64,000 nucleotides of DNA from Raillietiella orientalis. Taxonomy: Eukaryota. Under the pieces are notes generated by a model that had not been told where the DNA came from, did no database searches, and was given only the letters and a program-made list of their open reading frames with translations. The position numbers were made by a program, and so were the translations under genes. Positions 36,001-48,096 of this stretch are shown one piece after another. Each line of letters starts with the position of its first letter. The stretch's first letter is position 1. The DNA lies in assembly GCA_036172245.1 (NCBI GenBank), contig JAYWIR010000039.1, positions 310,001-374,000 of the forward strand, read 5' to 3'.

Positions 36001-37315
36001 AAATGAATCCGTCTGCATTCTTTAAAATTAGGTTTTTCAAGAACGGACCTAAAGATGCATATGTATTCCCAAATCAATAACTAGGTAGAAGGAAAAATCT
36101 TGCACTTATATGTAATGTCAAATGAAGCTCACTGCAATGTGGAAACAATTATGCATTTCATTTGACCATGAGTAAGGTGGCTGCTAGTGAAAAGGGAAAA
36201 AGAGCATTTACAGACAATAAATCAATTTCAGGATACAGCCCAAATGTGCTCACAAATATACTAAGAAGCTGTGCCCTTTCAGTGAACTCTATGATTCTGT
36301 GTCCACCAATGCAGTTCTATTTATATCAAAACAAACAAAGATACTCCTATATTAAAAATACATACTCATGTCCCCAGAAAACCTGCATTAGAAAAACCTT
36401 AGAAAGTTTTGTAAGTACCTGTGCACACACCATGGCATGTCTTGTTTGCTGCACTATCAACTCCAATGACACTAAAAAGTTGCACTTTTAATATACCCCC
36501 CCATGCTTATGTGAATCTTATAATTGGTAATTCATATGCCTGTACCAATAACAATTACTACTCCATGATTAATACTAATACATTATAATTATATGTAGGC
36601 ACACACAGAAATGCAAACAAGTATAATGCAATACACAGATAAATTTTACAAACAAATGCAGACAAGTCTGCATCATGGCATTAAACACAATATTTGCAGG
36701 TACATACCAGTAAGTTCAAAAAAAATGTGTAATCTGTTATATCCAAATATGTTCAAGAGTAGCATTTTCCTTAAGGAAACTGTTGCCTACATCGTGAATC
36801 AGTGCCTTCTACCACTGGAACTCCATGACACAAAATCTCAACTAGTGGATTTTGTACAGAGAGATCTCTGAGCATCAAGTAACTGCTAACCTCTGTATCA
36901 GTGAGATGAATAAATTAATCACCACTTCAGTAACAGTACTTCCAATGATAAGGAATACTCAAGACTTTTATGGTTTCTTCAAAATACATTTATACATAGG
37001 TAAAAATCACGAGATTACATTTCTTCTTAAACTAGGTTATATTTTATTAGCATTTTTACTTTATAGGCTTCCAGTTTCTAGATTTCCTATTATGTATGAT
37101 TTAATTTCCAAGTAAACGTTAAAGCTGGATCACATTTCTGAACTTAATAAACTCTTGGCAAACTGGTTATCAGGAAGTGAATTAAAAACCTGATAAGGAG
37201 CACTGATGGTCATGTTTTCAGTTTTTAACAAAACACTAATTACGCTGATTGAAAGTATGCAAGAAAATCAGATGTTCATGGCATTGCAAATTCGAAAGAT
37301 AATACATAAGAAACA

Positions 37316-38960
37316 CTACAGTTCATCTTTATGACTTGGATCACTGTCCAAAGGTTCCAAGTCAATGTCAGATACATCGACATCATCTGTGACCTTCAGA
37401 ACTCCATCTTCACCATCCCATGGGGAAACAGTTTGTACTGTAGGCAAACTTGCACTTTTGAGTGATACTGTGGATCCTTTACCATAACTTAAATCTCTAC
37501 ACGGAACAATTAATCAACACTTATGGCGCATGTCCCTTACCTTAAAAATTCATTGATTCCTTCAAAACTGAATGAACCTTTAAATGTGGAAAACTTCAGC
37601 TTTTTGGGGTTTACCACCACCATTGCTGGATAACCAAATCCTCCTATCTCAAGTGATTCCTCCAAATGAGGTTGGGAACCTGCTTCAGCCCACACCCATC
37701 CCCACATTTTCTTCTTGTACTTTTCTGCTATTTGTTGAAGCATATCCAAGTAATTGCGTCGACAGTGAGATTGACAGTCTAGTATGTGTGGTAACAATGC
37801 TGCTACACAGAGATGATGGTCCCAACAAGCACTTTTTAAAGCTTCTTCATCTGTCAGTTGCACTATTTTAGGTGCTGGGATGTTTTCACTTAGTTTTTCC
37901 TGAGCCCAAAAAACAATGTCATCTGCTGTCCTGCCACCCTGATAGTCTTCAGGTGTGTAATCATGGGTATTTTTTTCTGGACCAAAATATTTGATGGTTG
38001 GAAACCCCTGTATACCATACTTGGAAGATTTCAGTGTGTTTACAGTTGCATCAATTGCTCCCAATTTAATCTTAAAATACATTCTCATTATATATAATTG
38101 CTTCTGAAATTACTTACTTTTCCCTTAAGTTGGGTTGCAGCAGAAGCCCAGTGAGGTGCTAAATTTTTACAATGGCCACACCAAGGTGCATAAAACTCAA
38201 CGAGCCATTGATCATCAGAGCCCAACACAAGTTCATCAAAATTCGAATCTGTGAGTTCAATGACATCTCTGGTATCTGACTGAAGGTCAGTTAAGTATCA
38301 AAGCCAGTCAAGTATAATGTGAAAGTGCACACATGCTTACTTTTTTTTGATGCTGACTTTCAGAGGAATCTTTACCATGTAGTAACTGATCCACTTTACT
38401 TCTAAGAGCTTTGAAAGAGGCATCTATCAATCCTTGCACAGATCTAGCACCATTGTAATCGTCAGGTTTTTTTTTATTGTTAAAAACCTTCACTGTTGGA
38501 TAACCTCTTATTCCATACTGTCCAGCTAAATCCTTATGCTCGTCTGCATTGACAGCTCCAACTTTCACTAGTCCCTAAATCAACAGCTACAAACTATGGC
38601 AGGGTATGAATGTACTTCACTTTCAATGCCTGTGCCGCTTTCTGATAGTCTGAAGCAAAGGCCTGGCAATGCCCACACCAAGGGGCATAAAATTCAACCA
38701 GCCAAACTTGATCCGAATCCAAAACCTCTCTACGAAAACTGGACGACGTTAGGTGTATAACATCTGAATTTGGTGGATATAAGGCTTTGGCGATAACGAA
38801 AAGGTTACCTAGAAACATGAAACCTTTTCAACGCCACTGTATTTCATTACTTCTTTTTGGGGGGGGGAGGTTACTGGTCTGGGTTTACCGGGGTCTACTG
38901 CATCCGAAGGCAAACTCCATACTTACAGATGGCGAGAAGCACAGCGGTCCTCATCTTCAT
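37316..38960 (-). CDS. PDIA6: Protein disulfide-isomerase A6 (P5/CaBP1)
   Basis: Signal peptide [20 protein letters not shown]; two [13 protein letters not shown] thioredoxin sites; [17 protein letters not shown]; acidic tail ending HKDEL*. Confidence 0.96.
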
Positions 38961-39330
38961 CCCAAATTGAAAATGCGGGTTTTCCGTATGCGTGTAAGAA
39001 CTCGCACCCACTTGACTGCTCAATATTTGAAGACCACGGCACCACTTCTGGCAAAAGCAGAAGACGGGGGAGGGGGAGGGGGGAAGAAAAATACGAAAAA
39101 AACAAAAAAGGGCGATGTAGGCGTAGGCAGTATTGCTGCCTTACACAACGTGCACGTAACAAACTCCCGCGGGTTGTTGCACACGCATGCAGCAGCAGCA
39201 GCACTAGCGGGTTCTTGGCACAACAATGTGCTTGCGTACGGGCCTTCTTTTATTGGCACAGATTTTCGTAACACGTGTGGGCGCTCCGTGTGCAGAACGT
39301 GGAGCGTTTTTATTCGACTGCGTAACGCCT
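38961..39330. promoter_or_regulatory. CpG-retaining, GC-richer region upstream of PDIA6; probable (possibly bidirectional) promoter
   Basis: Locally abundant CG, with CACGTG/ACGTG and ATTGG motifs, between divergently oriented PDIA6 and the 39591 ORF. Confidence 0.45.
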
Positions 39331-39590
39331 TCGGGGTGTTTATTATTGGCAATTATTCAGATAAGTTGTACCAAGTGCGAGTACATTAGCATGTCCATGT
39401 CTAGGGGCGTACTTTGAGTCTGTTTTAATCAAAGATGTAAGAAGTTCGCACTTCTTCGTTATGGAATAATATGATGGTGAAATGTCGTATAGCATGATGG
39501 CATGTGAAACGCAATACCTTAGAAAAAAAAAAGTTCGGGAATTATGCATTACCCTGTCAGAAAATTAATTTTATTTGTTTTAGGGCCAAT

Positions 39591-40253
39591 ATGTCTGCCT
39601 GGGCAATCATTGGAATTATTCTTTTCCTCATAATAGCTAGCGTCGTTACGTATTATTGTTTGTATTGCTATTTTAATGCTTTCCAAGATGTTAATACCAA
39701 AAAAAAGAAGACCTATGACTTTAATCAAAATTCGGGATTTGATAAGCCATTCACTACTAGCAGTATAACAAAAATACCAACGGAAAACATCAATCCACAC
39801 TTCCCTGAGGCTTCCCCTGATGAAAGCACTTCCCCCAAAGCTAAATCCAGTTTCCTTTACCCCCTTATTGGCACAGGATTGGCCCTCAAAACAGCTTCAC
39901 TTCTGAAAAAGAAGAGGAAATCTTACAAATATCAGAATTCTGATGAGGAGTCGATATCCAAAGCCGAAGATGACAATAAAAAAAGTTTTCTACCACTTGA
40001 TGATAATTTAGAAGATTACAATGACTCATATAATCCTGACAGTTCTAAAGTATCAGACAGTTACTTACCTAATAATGAAACAGAAAAGAGTAATGAAACA
40101 GAAAATCTTGGAAGCTTTACTGGAAATACATATCAGAATAATCAACCTGAAAGTTTTTCTGAAAATATGTATCAGAATAATCAGCATGGAAACTTCTCTG
40201 AAAATACATATCAGAGTAACCTTGATGAACCAGACATAAATAGTATAGTATGA
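39591..40253 (+). CDS. Orphan single-pass membrane protein (~220 aa) with Tyr-rich, low-complexity tail
   Basis: Long open frame in AT-rich DNA; N-terminal hydrophobic stretch WAIIGIILFLIIASVVTYY, then CLYC and KKKK; three 13-aa repeats at the C-terminus. An upstream exon is possible (TTTAG acceptor at 39583). Confidence 0.7.
   Translation: MSAWAIIGIILFLIIASVVTYYCLYCYFNAFQDVNTKKKKTYDFNQNSGFDKPFTTSSITKIPTENINPHFPEASPDESTSPKAKSSFLYPLIGTGLALKTASLLKKKRKSYKYQNSDEESISKAEDDNKKSFLPLDDNLEDYNDSYNPDSSKVSDSYLPNNETEKSNETENLGSFTGNTYQNNQPESFSENMYQNNQHGNFSENTYQSNLDEPDINSIV
40110..40226 (+). repeat. 39-bp coding tandem repeat, three copies
   Basis: GSFTGNTYQNNQP / ESFSENMYQNNQH / GNFSENTYQSNLD. Confidence 0.85.
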
Positions 40254-40404
40254 AGCATTGAGTGATCTCTTTCTTATGTTGGAACAGTCATGTTCATCTG
40301 GATATTTGCCTGCACGTTGTGTAAACAAAAGATTTAATGCTCAGTATATTTTTAATCAATATTTTGGATTACTGTAAATAAAAAATCATGCTTTTTATTT
40401 GTTC

Positions 40405-43400
40405 TCAAAACTTATTCAAACAATTCAGTAGTATGTTTCTCAGTTTCACTCGAAGAGCTTCATCTCCTTCACAAAAAATATGGGTTGATGTGTCTTCAAA
40501 TTGTATGATAGTATCCTCAGATTGCTAACAAAGTTACTTTAGGCTAAATCTCAGATGCGGAAAATAGTTCTTACCAGATGTACAATGGTGCCTGAACTTG
40601 TTTGCTCCACTTTTACATTGTGGATTCCAGACTCACTAAGTTTCTGTACAAACTCATTGACATCTACTTGTCCCCATGTGTAGCAAGAGGGATAAAATGA
40701 TGGTACATCATGACTATTACTTGATGGAAGGGCCTGCACTAGGCATTTGAATATGTTCTGATGTGCAGTTGCATACCTGCAGAGAATACTTGTTGTTGTT
40801 GAGCAATAAACTTCCTGTTATTGTGAGCAAGCCGATACCAGGTTTCACTTGTGTTGGCCATAATGTGGAAGCCAAACCAGTAGATAAACTTACTTGTTCC
40901 ATTTTTCGTTTAAGTGGCAACTTTAGTACCTCTGTCTGCTGTATTGTCAGTACACTTTTCTCCTGGAAGTTTTTACTTGTTACAGCTCACAACTTACGGC
41001 AACTAACCATTTCAATAGTGAGGTCAGACCTTAAAGGTGCAGTAACAGGAGGGAAAGTATATTGACGAGGGATGACCAATGTATGTGGCTGCAGATCCTT
41101 AATAAGTTTGTTAGCTTGTGCAAAACTTAAACTTGTATCTATAGGGCAATTGGCTGCTTTCATGGCCAGTGGCTGAAAAGGGGCCAGAGCTTCCAGATAT
41201 GAAAAATCAGGCTCTACCACGAACATTATTGCAATACAGGAATGTATTATTACCTGTAAACACAATTGTATTTGAAGAATTAGATCCCCACAAATGGATA
41301 AAGTGCACTATGCTTCCAAATCTCAAGCTAGGATGACCACAGAAAACAACACATGGTTGTCGAAACTCACTGTTAAATGCTTCATCATAAATATGTCTAT
41401 AATATTTAAGGCGACCAGCTTTAGTAAGCTGGGCATGTGGAAAAGGCTCTTCTGGGAAGTACACTTTATTCTGTTTACTCTGTGATAACCTGACACCAGA
41501 TACAGTTGTCTGACTTCAAAATATCTACTTTACCATTCAGCAAAAATATTCGAATAAGCTAATGAACAGTCTGACACAGGAGACAAAAAGAATAAAGGGG
41601 TATTGATTAATCCAGAATTTTCCAAGTGCACAGATAAACATTCAAAAAGATCGTAATTCAGACCAGAAGGGTAACAAGGCACCAAAACATTCCCTCCATT
41701 GCGCAACGTCAGCACTACCTTTGGAAGCATAGAACATTCATTTGAAAAATTACCAACTCACAGTCATGCAAAATTCGCCTAACATAGAATCAGGGTTCAC
41801 CCTGGGTGTCTGAGTTAAGGCTGTCAAAATTAGGACATCAGCTTTTTTAAGAGCACTTTGATCCATTTGTTTTGGGTGAGTTGTCAAAGATGATGAACTG
41901 CTCACATAACAAATTTTTTCATAATTGGACATAAGCAGCCAGTTGCAACTGCCCAGACAATAACCTGAGCTAACTGCACATACCCTGAGTGCACCAAATA
42001 CATCCTAAACCTATTGATATCTCCCAATCAATACTACACACCAGATTTTCATTGAATCCAACTAACTTCACTTTAGCCATGCAGGACGCTATGGTTTTCA
42101 GGTTGCAAATGCAGGACCATGTTTTAGGATGTATAGCTTCCGCAAGAGGCGGAGGTAAGCAAGTTAAATAATCCTTCCACTTGTTAACATGTGGCAAATT
42201 AGGTGAATTCTCAATATATGCAACCATTTCTTCCAAAAACAATCTACAGCGCTAAACATTATATTTAGGGCACATCAGCTAACCTTCCAATGTGTAGAGT
42301 CGGCTCTGTAGCATAGACAGTTCCTTTGAAGCCTGTACCTTCTGTTATGAAGGGCAAACCTAACATGCATAGATAATTAGATATGAGTATTACATCTATA
42401 TCAGTAAAGTTGACTATTCCGGATAAAGGAAGTCCGAATTCCGGTTCAGAATCCACAAATACCCTTCCATTACATTCTTTGAATTCCTTAAATGGTTTTT
42501 AAAATCAATCTGTGCCTTAAATTACTGCAAAGTTTTACTCACTCCCATCAAATTTTCAGTGCATTGTTTTGGCACATATCCTGGAAGATTGCTTAGTCTA
42601 CTGTTAGTGATTAAAGGCAAGGGTAAAAAATGGAGCAATGTGCTGACATCCAAACCACAGTCCAGCATGACGAGTGTGGACTTGAAGCTTACCACAAAGC
42701 AAGGCTTGTTAGGGTTGTTACTCAAACAATACTGGAAAAGTTTAGAATATAATATCTCACGACATTCAATGATAAACTCATTTTGTATGAACATTTGGCC
42801 AAATAGCTGCACAGAAGCTTGCAATGCATATGCTGCAGCTATCGTAATATAAATTATAATTTCACTGTAACAATTCCACAACTCAGTATGGATTCTTAAT
42901 GTAGAAGAAATCATGCCCGGTGATCGTATTACACTTATCTTTACTTACATAATTAGTTTCCTAATTTTTTACAAGTTCATATATTGTCATTTGAACATTT
43001 TTTGTTTACGTTTGCCTTTTTTTGATTTAACCTTTACGTGTGTTTGCCTGATTACTTGAATTTGTCTTTTTATGCACACATCATATCCACTAACTAATTA
43101 TACTGTAAGCATCGATTTTACCCACAAGCAGATGGCTGATCTTGTTTAAGTAGAAAACACTAGATAACGCAATTCTGTCAGATGTTAATTGTTAACTTCA
43201 ACTGCTTTGTTGCTGTTTCCACTGTTCCAATAACATACCACTATCACAGAGTTAAGCACTTATTACCTGTAAACGAAAAATCACAGCAGCCTATAACACA
43301 AAATAAAACACAAAATCTGCAACAAATAAAACAGTGTCAAGTGCCAACTTATGACCAGTAATGAATAAGCCATTTATTTATTGGTTGCATTTATACATTT

Positions 43401-46400
43401 TGGGTATTGAATCATCATTCATTTAAATAAAATTTTACTAGTAATGTAGCGATTGGCCAAAACAAGACAAATCTTGAAGATGTTATGATGACAGTATACC
43501 TTCAATAGCTGTTCAAACAATGGAGGCTTAAAATAGCATAACTATAAAATCCAGTTTAAAAAAGGATAAACCGTGGGAAAAAAATTATACTCTGTTTACA
43601 ATTTTCTTCTAATATTCATGCACACTTGGTTTCCACAACATTTAAGGTCTCAAGTTTTTCTGATATTTTTGAGTTTCCTAAAAATCAAAGCAATTATGAT
43701 TTTAAATTCAATATTTTCCCATTGTTATGTAATACTGACATAACAGTGGAAAAATATTGTAACAATTTCATCCATTTCTGTGATCAAGTTTTGGCATTCG
43801 AGCTTTGTATTTCCATTTTTTTAAACATTTTTTGGAATACATTTTTGATTTTTTGATCAAAATTAGATGATGATTGCATTTTGTTTTACATGTGGGAAAA
43901 GCAAATTATCTTGCAGTACCTATAAAACCATCATTGCATTTGGATACAACATAAGTTTCTGTTCTGGAACCAGTCATATTAGAACCTATCATGTTTCAGT
44001 CAACAATGGCTGGTCCTAACAAGGATGATAACAGTAGCAATAATAATTAGATCTATTTAAAAGTAATTTCCACTAGAAAGGCAGAAGGTATGGGAAGAAA
44101 AAGAACAGAAGTCCAGAGCTGAAAACAAGGAAATCTGTGTACATGATATTTAATAATGCATAAAAAGCAATTGGGAAACAATGGAACAAAGTCAGTCTTG
44201 ATATTTCAATGCAGAAACTAACTGACTATCCGAAAAAGCGGATATATAAATATTTTCACTTCAATTGCAACTAAAAAATTTCTTGATACCGGAAATTAAG
44301 GTGAAAAGGTGTTCATAGATTTGAAAATGGAATAAAATAAAACAATGAGGATCAATGAGGATGGGTTGAAATACAATCAAATTATACTAACTAATGCTAC
44401 ACTGTAGCAATGTGAGATTTTTTATATTCTAAATCAAATTGTGTGAAATGAGCAACAGCAGCACAAAAATTGCAATTACAAAACTTTCCCTGAGTGCTGA
44501 TATTGACTTTCACTCAAGTGTCTCAAGCTAGTAGCAAACTGCCTATGCCTACCAAGTAGGTTAACCTTAGTAAAACTACCAAGTAGTGAACTAATGTTGT
44601 TATTTCAAATAAGGCAATAAGCTAATATGAACAGGCATTGATTAAAAAATAAACAATTACCATTCGCTTTACCATGCTCAATTGTAACTTTTGTATTCAA
44701 ACCAAAAACAAGACTCTGGGTTCCTGGACCACAAAGGGCAAGTTTTTAAATCATGATGACTAATGACTTATCAACATTCACGCAACAGATGTTTATGCAT
44801 TACATTCATTCATTTTGTTCACTAAGATGAAGACTAGAGATGTAGACCCTGAGATGAGAGATGTAGAGATGTAGACCCTATTGAATGAAAGCTATTTTGT
44901 TTTAATGTTTCATATTTCTCTAACAAGCAGATCATGGAAGCAAAAAGAATCCTGGATTCACAGCATGTTTTTAAAATACAATCAATTCAAGTGCATTTTT
45001 ACTTATTTAAAATGTTACCAACCTGGATGCTGTAAAAGATCTGCTGTTTTTTCCATAAATTCAAATCTTTTACAATCTAACTTATTTCTAGAGCTGTTGT
45101 AAGGTCTAATAATATGCAACAAATAATTGAATTTATTCTGGAATTTCAAATAGCAAACTAATTGAACTTCTTAATCTATGTCTACTACATATTAATTCAT
45201 AACTTGAAGATGCAACTGAACTTTCATTTTCCCTTCAATCATTACATCCAGTACTGAACAACAATTTGAACAATAACCTACAGTTTTACATTAATTATAT
45301 GCCAAAATTTTTTGCATAGAAGAGCAATTTTTACCAGTTCACCATAATATCAAAAGATGCATTTTCCTTCTGTAAATACAAAGATTAATATTCTTTTGCC
45401 ATATTCTAAATAAGATCGAATGTGTTTTTTTATTTTTTTCATTCTACTGATACTTATTTCAAAAATCATTGTTTTGGAAAAACCCATATGTTTAATCATA
45501 TATGCTTTATGATTGTTGCTTTTAATTTTCAAATTGTATATGAGAAACTCATTATATATGAGATAATGTCATGCTTTTTGAAATGTTACAATAAAGGTTC
45601 ACAATGCTGAATTTGCGATTTCAAAGGACAAATTATTTTTTTGAACAATAAGCAATGTTTAAGTAGGTTTATGCATCTAACATAATAACATATATCTTGA
45701 ACACTGCTATAAAAAAAAGAAGCATACAGGATAAACACAGACCATTTTGTGAATCAAAGATATTTCACTAATTTTTACAGTTTTATATTTAATCACAGTA
45801 ATTAAAATCAAAATTATAATTAAAGAGCTTTTCAAGCCTTCAAAGGTTTATTCCATCTTTATAAGACGAAAAATAATAAACTTTTTTTCACAGAAGGGAT
45901 TCTTCATTCAAACAAATTATTTCAAAAACTTCCTACATATCTCAAAGTTATGTGATCAGAACCATCAATACTGAAATACAGAAGCAAATAAATGTGTTCT
46001 TCTGCCAACAGTAGGGTAAATGCCATACATTATGAACACATAATAAGTAACCATTGTCCCTGTCCTTAGATATTAAGTTATAAAAATAAAAAGATGTAGC
46101 ATCTCTAGATATTAAGTTATAAAAATAAAAAGATATAGCATCTCAATAATATCTCAATAACACTATGGACAGTGATGCTACATGGTTTAAAGTATTCCTT
46201 AGACCTAATTCTTTATGTTAATTTTCAAAAGTATGTATGCACCAAAAAAATCAAGGTAGTTTCAAATTTTCATAAAATCATCGAAGTCACATGATGTATT
46301 TAAATAAGTGGGTAATTTTGAGTTTATTTTTCTGTTGCTTTCGTTAAATTTTTGGATAGCACTGATTAGACAATAAATAACGAACTTCTTTTGCAATACC

Positions 46401-46661
46401 AGAGGAAAGAACATTTGGGAGAGGAATTAGAATTCTAGGCAGTTTTTTATTGCAGAATTATTTCAATAAGCTATATTTTTTGCAAGTTTACTTCATACAT
46501 GGAACAAGCGAGTACAGGTTGCAGCAGAAGAAAACCAGTAGAATTCAAACAAATCAAAAGATCAATTTTTGTTTGTTTTAGAGATCACAAAAAAACACAC
46601 AAAATGAATGAATAAAAGGGCCTAGCCTAGATTACTTTAGTATGCAACTCACCAATTTCAT
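40405..46661 (-). CDS. INTS9: Integrator complex subunit 9
   Basis: 9-nt first coding exon ATGAAATTG|gtgagt (46661-46653), a ~3.9-kb intron, then [85 protein letters not shown] and ...LNKF*. Confidence 0.95.
46067..46144. repeat. 39-bp tandem duplication in INTS9 intron 1
   Basis: TAGATATTAAGTTATAAAAATAAAAAGATRTAGCATCTC x2. Confidence 0.92.
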
Positions 46662-47188
46662 CCTAAGATCTTAGAATTTCTGCATCACCATTTAAAGTAC
46701 GTAAGTGGAAGTCAACAAATCTAAAACAATGCTATCTAGGTATTTGGTACATTTTTGGCATATTTTGAACTGTTTAATAACAAATTGAAGGTAACTGGAA
46801 AACAAAGAAATACAATTTGGTATGGTAAAAACATAAACAGCTACATATTTAATAACAATATAATCAACTTCAACCATGCTGAAAAACTATATAACTTCAT
46901 ATTTAATTCTGGTGTACACCATGTTTCCTTTTCAAGTGTGCATCCTGAAATTTTTATCCATAATACCCCAAATAAATCTAATGAATCCACTTACAAGCAT
47001 ATGCAGTTACAAAAATCGAAACCCCTTGAGTCTTCAACAATTAGTATCGAGCCTTTTTAAATTTTTCTCAAATAATTCAATTATTCAATCATAAAATATA
47101 TTTATTAATTTAAAAAAAATACAATTCGGAATAGAAATACAACTTCCTTAAAAGTTAAGTCATACAAAATTCATGGACGAATTCAGAT

Positions 47189-48096
47189 CTAAACAAGAAA
47201 TTTCCATACTACTATCATGATGATACATGTAAACAAAATACCACCATACAAAACAAACTTATCTTGATATACTCTCCTCTCAATCAACCGCATTACTGTA
47301 TTTGACATTCCTAAAGTTGCAGCAATATCTAAAATTTTACGCTGAGTTCCTTTCAAAAAGTGTTTTTGCTTTCTCAGATTGTTAACAATAGCTGTCCCGG
47401 TTTCAATCAACTCCTCCACAGTCCCATAGGAACCCTAAAATAAACATTACATAATAAATACAAAATTATTAAAATGCAACACATGCTCAAATCTAAATAT
47501 CTAGAATGAATTCACTGCATTTATGGAGAAAAACTTACATGCAAAGAAGTGTTGTACTGAAGGGCATTATCAATTAAAATTGATGTGTCTGAAACAGTGT
47601 TACTGTGGAACCTTTTGTTCAACAGTTCATCTCTTTCCAATGCTTCTTTTTGTTTTAACTGCTTCTTGGTTTGAATAGTTAGAAAAACAGCCTGAAAACA
47701 AACATGAAAAGCATTTTTTAGTCTGTTTGTTTCTGTGGATTTTGAACAACTAACAGTAAGACATGCACCTGAAGATGCTGGCAGTCATATCTCAACTGAT
47801 CTACTCCATATCCAGTATTTTGTCTCTTTGTTAATGTTTCCTTCTGCAAAATATGGTCTAGATTTTCGATATTACTACAAGGAGGTTGCATTAATACAAT
47901 ACATAAAGTAACCAAAAAATCAATTTATTCCACGAATTTAGCATTTTGTATACCTAATTATTTTTGACAAATCCGACTGTATTCTTTTTTCAATCTGAGA
48001 TGCCTCTGAAAAAGATGCCACGTCCCACTTTTGGATAAACCCCTGAACTTCCTCTAGCAGTGTATGTGTTTCTTGATAAATTTGTGAGAAAGTCAT
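47189..48096 (-). CDS. GOSR2: Golgi SNAP receptor complex member 2 (membrin, Qb-SNARE)
   Basis: Four exons: IYQETHTLLEEVQ, VDQLRYDCQHLQ, ERDELLNKRF..DTSILID, and LKGTQRKILDIAATLGMSNTVMRLIERRVYQDKFVLYGG followed by a C-terminal TM. Confidence 0.93.

Noticed and set aside
38787..39389. 200-aa plus-strand ORF
   Set aside because: Antisense to PDIA6 exon 1 and its promoter; low-complexity runs, no motif.
42970..42980. Nearby ATG as INTS9 start
   Set aside because: Donor phase does not match exon 2; the MKL|gtgagt exon at 46661 fits.
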